Source of the DNA: Marsupella aquatica
Lineage: Eukaryota > Plantae > Marchantiophyta
Assembly (NCBI GenBank): GCA_973895155.1
Contig: OZ316893.1
Span: 3,206,490-3,270,489 of the forward strand
DNA length: 64,000 nucleotides
Direction of reading: 5' to 3'
How positions within the stretch are numbered: position 1 is the stretch's first letter; each line of letters opens with the position of its first letter. Below the pieces are notes generated by a model that was not told where the DNA came from, ran no database searches, and was given only the letters and a program-made list of their open reading frames with translations. This document shows, one piece after another, positions 37,883 to 47,138 of the stretch. The translations under genes and the position numbers were made by a program.

Positions 37883-40280
37883 ATGGCGGCATGTTACGAA
37901 TCAAATGATTATTCAGATGGAGTTTCTGATGATGTTTCATTGTCAGATGGGCCCTGCACAGTGGTTGGCCCAGATATCCCTGGAATAACTACTATTTTAG
38001 ATATGCCACCCCCACCCCTATGAGCAAGTTAAAACGTACTCCTTTACGACTTGCAATTAGTGGGAAGAAATCATTGGTCGGTGGTAAGGAGAGGTCAGGG
38101 AGCTCCTCTGACTCCTTGGAGAGTATCGGTCCCCCTGGACATCAAGTTGTGTCTCCTTTGTCACCAACAAAGGACAATTTGGGTAGTAATGTGGAAGGTT
38201 CAATGTCTATTGGGATGTCTGGGAAACGGTCTCATGAATTCATGAAGACTGAATTTGGGAAGACGAAGAAGGCACTAAGTGGGCCAAATGACAGAGATTT
38301 TTGCAGTCTCCAAAGTGTTCAACGGCTGAAGCAAATGCCAAAAAGTAAAACCTTTGGTAAGCCAACGTCGGAAACATTTCACAGGGGAATGAGGGAAGAA
38401 ACTAGACGACCAGTGTTATTGAAAAGTATTCTAGAAAAGAATTCTAATGTGCGTTCCTCATTTTTACCTAGGAGTCATGGTGTTGGGGCAGGGAGCGGAT
38501 CAAGTCACGGAAACTCAAACAGGGAAACCAACTTGGTGGAGAGGGCCCCTAGAAAAATATTGAAAGGGTCCTTACACGGTAATGGAGGGATTTCTGAAAT
38601 ATGCCCAGGTATTCCAAGGCTGCATAGAGTGAAGGAAGAGCCTCCATCTCCGAAGGCTGCAGGTCTGGAATCTCAGGATGTTCAGAAGAAAATGTTGGTG
38701 ACCATTTCATCATCGAATGATAGCGAGTCTTCGGAGAGTGAGGAGGATGATGATGTTCCAGTGGCATCTAGTCGTTACAAACGTACGAGCAACGCCACTT
38801 TGTGTGAAACAAAGTTGAAAGAGGAGGATATCAAGAAAACAAATAGTAAGTACTATTGTCAGAGTCATTGTCTCCTAAGTCTATCTCCAAAAGAAATTCG
38901 TGAGGCGCGTTCTAAATTTTTGAGGCAGAAATCTCAGGATCGATCTTTATCTTTGCAGTGGCTTATAAAGCAAGACGGAAATGAAGGAGGGAGGCAGACT
39001 ATATCTTACATGTTTGGTCAAAAGAGTATTTGTCGGAAAGCTTTCAAGCTTATATTTTGCGTTGGCAATCAGAGATTAAATAGAATTTTGAAATTAGACA
39101 ACCAAGACTTAGGATATTCTAAACCAGTTGGACGCCCTCCATCTGTTAAAAGATTAGTCTTGGTCAATTGGCTTAGGTCGATCATTTTTTGAGACACGCG
39201 TGGAAACATTGCCAAATAAAGAAGTTTCACATTTACCGGATAATTATTCAAAGCTGGAGGTATGGAAGATCTACGATTCCAACTATGCCAAGATTGATGA
39301 GTCATCAAAAAATCCTATCGACAATTCTTGAAAGTTTGGGTTCAAGAATTTGGTCATGTTAAGATTCCTCCAGTCAATCGATTCAGTGCTTGCGCGGATT
39401 GCAAGGAGTTCAAATCAATTCGGGACAAAGCTATCTCGGAGACCGAAAAAAGTAAGTTACTTACAAGTTTGACAAGTTTTCTGTTTCAAGAATATGGCTT
39501 AGCACATTATTTCTATTTTTTTTTAAGAAACTAACACGTTGTTTTACCAGGGCGAGGGGAGATTATGTTACAAAAACATAGAGACCAACAATCCAAAGAA
39601 CGTGAGAAACTCGCGAAGCATCGTAAGAAATGTTTTTCAAATCCTGATAAATATTTGGGAGTTGTCATTGATGGGATGGATCAGAAGAAGACAAGGTTGC
39701 CTCATTGGCCGCGTCCCCCAAAATCGGTGGACGAAACATGTTTGATCCAAATGCACGTTGTCGGATGCCTGGTTTTCAATGGTGCACTATTTTCAAGAGT
39801 ATTTCTTAATTATCCCGTATTGCATAATGATGGAAACTTGACAGTCACAATCCTGCAAAGGGTGTTTCACGAATGGGAAGAAAAGCCTGGTGGCTTGCCG
39901 CCTGTTCTCTATCTTCAACTTGATAATACCAGTAGAGAAAATAAAAATAATTTACTCTTTGCCTATCTTCATATGTTAATTCGAAGAAAGGTTTTTTGGA
40001 ATATCAAACCAAAAAATAAAATAAAATAGGATTCTTGTTGGTTGGACACACACACGACCAAATAGATCAAATGTTCAGTCGATTTTCTAAACGACTAGCA
40101 AGGTTTAAGGCATTCACATACGAAAGCCTATGTGATATTATTTGCGAATCATATCAACCCCAACCAAATATCACTCTTTTAAAGGAAACATATGATTTCC
40201 GTCAATATGCATTCTCAGATCCACCTTTAGTCATTGAAAGGATTCGAAATGTTACCTTCCACCACCAGTACAAATTTGCA
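37883..40280 (+). pseudogene. DUF7869/Sola-like RNase H-fold DDE transposase, frameshifted and C-terminally truncated
   Basis: ATG at 37883; Cys-rich YCQSHC...ICRKAFKLIF; RFSACADC; intron ~39452-39550; catalytic-type motifs IDGMDQKK, LYLQLDNTSRENKN and LLVGHTHDQIDQMFSRFS. Confidence 0.78.
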
Positions 40281-40679
40281 CTGCAATGGGAAGAAGCAGA
40301 GGAATATGCCCGAACACCTATCTATGAGGGTGCTCGTTTGAGTCGTCTTTCAGCCATCTTGGGGTTGATGAACCTACAAGCCAAACACAAGGCAAGCAAT
40401 GCCTTGTTATCTGATATGTTTGCACTTTGCCATGACCTTATGTTACCCACTGAGAATGTGTTGCCAGCAACTTGGAAGGAGGCAAAGAGTGTTCTCTCAT
40501 CTATTGGCATGGAATATCATATTGTTCATGCATGTGTGAATGATTGCATGTTATTTCATGGGGCCAATGCAAACATGACACAATGTACAACATGTGATGA
40601 GCCTCGCTATGACCCCAACATGCTAACAAAGAAGGTGCCAAGGAAGGTTGTTCGTTGGTTTCCCATCATTCCTCGGTTG

Positions 40680-41082
40680 TGTTGAGCATAGACGACGATC
40701 GCAACGGCAAGCCCATGAACCATCCAACGCACAATAGTCGACACAAGAGATACGTGGTTCACCTCCTTGAGGCTACGTCCACGGGAACACACAAGAGAGC
40801 TTTACTGAACTCTAAGCCCGTCGGCTATACCGAGTCTCCACAGTGTAAGCTCTCCCTATCTCTCAAGTGGCTCCATAACAATGAGCCTTGGTTCTACCTC
40901 TCCAAGCACACATGCCTCTTATGATATAGTGTGCAACTTAGTTGTACCTAACCACATAGTTGTACCTAACCACATAGTTGTACCTAATCACGTAGTTGTA
41001 CCTAACCACATAGTTGTACCAACCCACATTGTTGTACCAACCACGTCATACCTAACCTAGACGTAAGAGTAAATACCCAACA
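40680..41082 (-). repeat. Copia 3' LTR with 18-bp TAGTTGTACCTAACCACA tandem repeats
   Basis: Direct repeat of 46736-47138 (offset 6056); about 6 copies of the 18-mer in the U3 part. Confidence 0.95.
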
Positions 41083-41273
41083 ATCTTCCCCTTGACTCTG
41101 GTCTAGGGGAGAGTAATACTGCCAATGTATATGATCCCTCAGCGGGAAGTTCTGGACAGAAACCAAACCGGTTTCCCTCTCTAACTAGAGCAAACCAGAA
41201 CTAAGCCGTAGCCTAATACATAGGAATGAGGAAGAGCATATATCAGTAATTACAATGAATGTTTAAGAAAACT

Positions 41274-44200
41274 CTACTTGTGATGCAATTGCAAAACCTG
41301 CAATACGTCACGGTGTCTAGAGAAACTCTCCAAAGGAATCACTTTGGTAAATGCGTCAGCCGGGTTGAGTTTACCATCAATCTTGACTAGCTCAAACAAT
41401 TTATCAGACACAGCCTGCCTGATAAAATGGTACCTGACGTCAATGTGCTTCACTCTGCTGTCCATCACCTGGTTCACAGCAAGGTGGAGCGCACTTTGAC
41501 TATCACAATGGAGCTTCACATTCCCCTGTGGCAATCCCATTTCAGTGATAAGTCTATCCAACCAAATCGCTTCCTTTGCTGCTTCCGCAGCTGCAACATA
41601 CTCCGCTTCTGTAGTAGACTGAGCAATACACTTCTGCAAAGTAGACCTCCAACTTATGCATCCACCGCCAAGTGTGAACACGTATCCTGTTGTTGATCTC
41701 CTTCGGTCCAAATCTTGTCCATAGTCAGAATCTACATAGCCAATCAATGATCTAGCATTCTTTGCATTCGCATCAAATAAAAGACCATGATCCACGGTAC
41801 CCTTCAAGTACCTGATAATCCACTTCACTGCTTCCCAGTGTACCTTCCCTGGATTCGACATGTACCTGCTCACCTTGCCCATAGCCATGGCAAGATCAGG
41901 TCTAGTGCAAGTCATCAAATACATGAGACTCCCCACTGCCTTGTCATATGGAACCTTTGACATCAACCCCTTCTCTGTGTCATCCGTAGGACAGAACGCT
42001 GATGATAACTTGAAGTGTGGAGCCAACGGGGTACTTACTGGCTTGCTATTCTCCATGTTGAACCTTGCAATTACCTTCCTCGCATAACTGCTCTGCGTCA
42101 ACCATAGCTTGCCAGCCTCCAAGTCCCTAGTGATCTCCATACCCAAAATCCTCTTAGCTGGCCCTAAGTCCTTCATCTTAAACTCTGCACTAAGCAGTGC
42201 CTTGAGCTTAACAATCTCAGACCTATCCTTGGCTGCAATTAGCATGTCATCCACATAAAGTACTAAAACAATGAACCCAAAGACAACATTCTTCACCGGT
42301 TTCAAATACACACAAGGGTCAAATACACTTCTGTGAAAACCTTGTGACCGAATCCAATCGTCAAACCGCTTGTTCCACTGTCTTGGTGACTGCTTCAATC
42401 CATACAAGGATTTCAGCAATCTGCAAACCAATTCCTCCTGTCCTCTCTTCACAAAACCTAGCGGTTGTCTCATGAAGATCACCTCTTCCAATGTGCCATA
42501 GAGGAAAGCTGTGACAACATCCATCTGATCTAGGAGCAGACCAAACATTACAACAAGTACACACAATAGTCGTATTGTAGAGTACTTAGCAACTGGTGAG
42601 AAGACCTCATTGTAATCCACACCTTTCTCTTGTGTGAATCCCTTTGCTACCAATCTAGCCTTGTAGACCTTCGATCCACCTCCTATGGAATTATCCTTCA
42701 GCTTGTAAATCCACTTGCTGTCCACCACTTGCTGACCCTTAGGCAGCTTAACAAGCTCCCAAGTTTTGTTGTCCTTTAGTGACTGCATCTCTGTTTGCAT
42801 TGCTGCAGTCCACTTTTGCTTCTCCTTTGAAGCACTTGCCTCATGAAATGAAGAAGGTTCTCCTTCTTCCAAAATTAACGCATCACCCTCATCATCAGTT
42901 GTAAAATCATCCTCTTGCAGTTGAGATGAATCAACCCACTGTCCATACCTTGATGGAGCGCGTACAGTGCGACCAGATGTTCTTCTAGCCGATGACTCCG
43001 GTTGATCTGTGTGTGCTGGTACAATTTGAAGCTCAACAGCATCCACTTGCTGCTCACCAGCATCAACAAACTCCTCTGGTTCCTCTGGCACAGGAACCAG
43101 CTCCATAATTGGAGCAACTCCTTCTCTCCGGTCATGCACCTCATAACCAATCTCCCCCTCAACGAGATCCGGGATAGGAGATTTTCTTTTGTCAGTACGG
43201 GAGACCTGAGTATTCTCCCCCTCCTTCAATAATCTGGATTCATTGAAGGAAACATCCCTACTGACAACGAGCTTACAGGCAATAGGATCCCATAGCCTAT
43301 AGGCTTTCACACCACTCTGGTACCCAAGAAAAACACATTTCCTGGAGGTAGGATCCAACTTGGTCCTATTCTGCTTTGGTGTGAGAGCATATGCATCACT
43401 TCCAAAAATTACCAAGCCATGATAGTCTGCTTGCCGCTTATAGCGCATCTCAAACGGCGTTTTGAAATTGATAGCACTAGAAGGAGAAAGATTTACCAAA
43501 TAAGCTGCGGTATTGACAGCTTCTGCCCAAAATTCTTGTGGTAAACCTGATTGGCTCAACATACTCCGTGACCGCTCCAACAGTGTCCGATTGAGCCTCT
43601 CAGCGACACCATTCTGCTGCGGAGTATAAACTGTGGTGAGATGGCGAGTTATCCCCTGTTCTGAACAGTACTCTTCAAATTCCATTGAAGTGTACTCCCC
43701 GCCGTTGTCTGACCTCAAACTCTTCACCCTTGTATCCAAACACTTGATCGTGTTTCCAGTCTGATTCTCCACCTGGGCCTTCCATTTCTTAAAAATGGAC
43801 AAGACATCAGACTTATGCGTCATGAAATAAATCCACACAAATCTTGAGTAATCATCAATAAATGATACATAGTACAACTTTCCAGAGTGTGAGGGAGTCG
43901 GGGATGGACCCCACACGTCACTATGTATGTACTCAAGAACCGCTTTGGAACGATGAGTTCCAACACCAAAAGCACGACGATGCTGCTTTCCAAGAATGCA
44001 ATGCTCACAAAACTCTAATTTACAAGATTGCAAATCAGAAATGAGTCCATTCTTCCGTAAGATAGCCAAACCCTTCTCACTCATGTGGCCTAGCCGTGAA
44101 TGCCACAGTTGAGTCATCTCCTCGTGAGACTTGGTTACATTGGCCTCTCCACATACAGTATTGCCCTGTAACACATACAAATTCTTTTGTCTACTCCCCT

Positions 44201-44501
44201 TCAAAATCACTGTCTCTCCCGACCTGACTTGAAGTTCACCATCAATAACGCTCCATTGATGACCATTTGAATCCAACACACCGAGTGAAATCAGATTCTT
44301 ACGCATGCCAGGTACATACCTGACTCCGGACACTGTGCGCACAGCGCCATCAAACATTTGAATCTTCACAAACCCAATTCCCTCAATTTGACAGGAGTGA
44401 TCATTTCCCATCAGAACTGAACCGTTTGAAATAGAGTAAGAACTGAAAAACTCACGAATGTAACAAATATGAAAAGAGCAAGCACAATCAAGAATCCACA
44501 C
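41274..44501 (-). CDS. Copia Pol (protease, GAG-pre-integrase, integrase, RT, RNase H)
   Basis: WILDCACSFH, LWHSRLGH, IHSDVWGP, LRSDNGGEY, PQQNGVAER, YKARLVAKGF, LYVDDML, STTEAEY, KHIDVRYHF. Confidence 0.96.
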   Translation of the reverse strand: MWILDCACSFHICYIREFFSSYSISNGSVLMGNDHSCQIEGIGFVKIQMFDGAVRTVSGVRYVPGMRKNLISLGVLDSNGHQWSVIDGELQVRSGETVILKGSRQKNLYVLQGNTVCGEANVTKSHEEMTQLWHSRLGHMSEKGLAILRKNGLISDLQSCKLEFCEHCILGKQHRRAFGVGTHRSKAVLEYIHSDVWGPSPTPSHSGKLYYVSFIDDYSRFVWIYFMTHKSDVLSIFKKWKAQVENQTGNTIKCLDTRVKSLRSDNGGEYTSMEFEEYCSEQGITRHLTTVYTPQQNGVAERLNRTLLERSRSMLSQSGLPQEFWAEAVNTAAYLVNLSPSSAINFKTPFEMRYKRQADYHGLVIFGSDAYALTPKQNRTKLDPTSRKCVFLGYQSGVKAYRLWDPIACKLVVSRDVSFNESRLLKEGENTQVSRTDKRKSPIPDLVEGEIGYEVHDRREGVAPIMELVPVPEEPEEFVDAGEQQVDAVELQIVPAHTDQPESSARRTSGRTVRAPSRYGQWVDSSQLQEDDFTTDDEGDALILEEGEPSSFHEASASKEKQKWTAAMQTEMQSLKDNKTWELVKLPKGQQVVDSKWIYKLKDNSIGGGSKVYKARLVAKGFTQEKGVDYNEVFSPVAKYSTIRLLCVLVVMFGLLLDQMDVVTAFLYGTLEEVIFMRQPLGFVKRGQEELVCRLLKSLYGLKQSPRQWNKRFDDWIRSQGFHRSVFDPCVYLKPVKNVVFGFIVLVLYVDDMLIAAKDRSEIVKLKALLSAEFKMKDLGPAKRILGMEITRDLEAGKLWLTQSSYARKVIARFNMENSKPVSTPLAPHFKLSSAFCPTDDTEKGLMSKVPYDKAVGSLMYLMTCTRPDLAMAMGKVSRYMSNPGKVHWEAVKWIIRYLKGTVDHGLLFDANAKNARSLIGYVDSDYGQDLDRRRSTTGYVFTLGGGCISWRSTLQKCIAQSTTEAEYVAAAEAAKEAIWLDRLITEMGLPQGNVKLHCDSQSALHLAVNQVMDSRVKHIDVRYHFIRQAVSDKLFELVKIDGKLNPADAFTKVIPLESFSRHRDVLQVLQLHHK

Positions 44502-44546
44502 ATCATCTGCTCTCCTAGATGACGTGCACAGGGCATACCCCCGGCT

Positions 44547-45581
44547 TCATAAAACATACTCATCATTGAGTAAATCAGCTTCTCCATCAGCCCTAGCCAC
44601 ATTTGCCGATGAAGTTTCCGCTGCCTTTCCCTTACAGTCTCGCTTGAAGTGTCCAACTTGGTTGCACTTCCAACATGTCACCTGCCTCCTCTGAGGGGAT
44701 TTACCCTTGGACTTAGATCTGGATTTAGATCTAAACTGGGTTCTACGGTCCCCAGTTGGTCGCTGCATACTCCTCCCACGGTTAACATTGAGGGCAGCAC
44801 CAGATGATGAAGGCTGTGACGTGATGTGCATCTTCTGCTGAAGATCATCACTAAGCAGAGAACTTACCACGTCATTGTATGAAATGGTATCCCTATCACG
44901 ATGCAACAACACTCGTGATAGGGACTGGTAAGATGGAGGCAATGAACTAAGAAGCTGCAGAGCCTTCGTCTCATCATTCAAAGTCTCCCCAAGGTTTTCC
45001 AAGTCAACGACCATGTCGTTGAAAGCATCCACATGGTCTTGCAACTTCGTACCAGATTCCTTCATCCTGAAACTCATCAGTTTGTAGGAAGTGTAGAGCC
45101 GGTTCGACAACTCCTTGCGGTGATACTTGCTCTGCAATTCCGCAAATAAGGACATGCAATCCTTATGTGCACCCAACTGCTTGATGATGGGAGGCATGAG
45201 ATAGAGTGTAACACACCACACTCCCTGCTCCTGCATGCGGTCCCATTGTTTCTCATCAACATCGTCTTCACGAGGGCTCAGCAGTTGGCCCATCCCTGAC
45301 GCATAAAGCACTCCCTTCACCTGCTTCTCCCATAGCAAGTAGTCAGAGCGCCCATCATACTTTGTCACTTCATACTTGGGTCCCCCAAGCTTGAAAGTCC
45401 CCATCTTCTTCTTTACCGTGAGCTCCGGTAGTAGTACTGCTTCCTCCACCACACGCCGCACCGGTGATGGTATCGGTGTCACGTGCTCTTCCTCCTGCTC
45501 CTCTCTCTGCCCCTGAAACCTCCGCGGTGACCCTCGTGCTTCAAGTTCCACGTCTTCGAAAAACTCCTCCGAATCACTCAT
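44547..45581 (-). CDS. Copia Gag (UBN2-type, CCHC knuckle)
   Basis: KYDGRSDYLLW, LLSSLPPSY, CWKCNQVGHFKRDC. Confidence 0.93.
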   Translation of the reverse strand: MSDSEEFFEDVELEARGSPRRFQGQREEQEEEHVTPIPSPVRRVVEEAVLLPELTVKKKMGTFKLGGPKYEVTKYDGRSDYLLWEKQVKGVLYASGMGQLLSPREDDVDEKQWDRMQEQGVWCVTLYLMPPIIKQLGAHKDCMSLFAELQSKYHRKELSNRLYTSYKLMSFRMKESGTKLQDHVDAFNDMVVDLENLGETLNDETKALQLLSSLPPSYQSLSRVLLHRDRDTISYNDVVSSLLSDDLQQKMHITSQPSSSGAALNVNRGRSMQRPTGDRRTQFRSKSRSKSKGKSPQRRQVTCWKCNQVGHFKRDCKGKAAETSSANVARADGEADLLNDEYVL

Positions 45582-46735
45582 ATGAGAAAGTCACAAAAAA
45601 TGTTGTTTTTCACAACTTCTCAAAAAACTCGAAACTCAACACCGCCGCGTAGCCCACAAAGCTAGGAGTCCAATACTGAAAACCGAAATCAAAATCGAAA
45701 TTTGACGGAAAAGTTATTCAAATTTCGGTCGAGGTGGGTAAAACCTTGGGAAACTCCCCCGTTTTGACCACCTCAGGGAATAACCGAAATACCAAGTACA
45801 ACCCGTTGTCGGAATTGCGATGTGATTGGTGCGCTGCATTGCCAACTTCAATGGCTACGACCTCGCCGAAAAATAACCAAAAAAGTTACCGTTCGGCGGA
45901 TGAAATCTTTGTCGGACGGTCAAAAAATAGCTCTCTGGTTTTTTGGAATATTCTATGACCCTTGTACAGGCCCTGTGGGAATTTTGGAAGAACAATCGAG
46001 GGGCTGACATGTGTCCTCGAACCCCCAAAACCCCCTACCACCCTTCGTCGTCGAAATCTGGTCGCGCGCGCAGAAAATACACACGGCAGAATGTACCCCT
46101 CGACACCAAACGCAAGATATCTCACTCGGGTTTTGACTAAATCAAGATCCGATTTCAGATTTGGAAACTAGACTCCGAGGCGATGAAGATCGATATAAGA
46201 AGCACCCAAAACGAGGAAAGAACGAGGGAGAAAAAAATTGGTAAAGATGACAGATTTCTCTCAATTGCCATAGCCAATTTCGAATCAGTTTTTCAAAGAG
46301 AAAAAAATGGTACCTTGTCAACAACGAATGTTGATCAATTGCACTTGGTGTCGTCACCAAGTCCAACAAGGTAATTGATTTTGCTTAGCCTTCCTCTTTG
46401 CATCAAAGAGCCAATCCCGGACTCAAAAACAATCGTCTTGCCTCAATCTCTCCGTTGAGTCAAAACACTTGACGCTTCTCCCTCCGAGTCGATTGCCAAC
46501 TTTCTTCACAAAATCCAGAACGACGAAAACTTAGATCTCTCTGCACCACGAGCTCCGTTCAACGATTTCTTCACACCGTTAGAAAGCTCTTGCCCTGATC
46601 TATCCGTTGAGCCCATAAACTCCAAGTTCCATGCGATGGAACTCTGGAAAATCCACCAACACTCAACGCTGGAAAAACCGTCATGAAATCCCGTCACGAA
46701 CACACGTCACCTCCCAAGCATGCTCTGATACCAAT

Positions 46736-47138
46736 TGTTGAGCATAGACGACGATCGCAACGGCAAGCCCATGAACCATCCAACGCACAATAGTCGACAC
46801 AAGAGATACGTGGTTCACCTCCTTGAGGCTACGTCCACGGGAACACACAAGAGAGCTTTACTGAACTCTAAGCCCGTCGGCTATACCGAGTCTCCACAGT
46901 GTAAGCTCTCCCTATCTCTCAAGTGGCTCCATAACAATGAGCCTTGGTTCTACCTCTCCAAGCACACATGCCTCTTATGATATAGTGTGCAACTTAGTTG
47001 TACCTAACCACATAGTTGTACCTAACCACATAGTTGTACCTAATCACGTAGTTGTACCTAACCACATAGTTGTACCAACCCACATTGTTGTACCAACCAC
47101 GTCATACCTAACCTAGACGTAAGAGTAAATACCCAACA
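46736..47138 (-). repeat. Copia 5' LTR
   Basis: Followed on the minus strand by a tRNA-iMet PBS, TGGTATCAGAGC. Confidence 0.95.

Larger units (their letters stand above)
40680..47138 (-). mobile_element. Full-length, recent Ty1/copia LTR retrotransposon
   Basis: 403-bp LTRs at 40680-41082 and 46736-47138 with no differences seen by eye. TSD GGTTG (40675-40679, 47139-47143). PBS TGGTATCAGAGC (46722-46733, minus). PPT AAGGGGAAGAT (41083-41093, minus). Confidence 0.97.
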
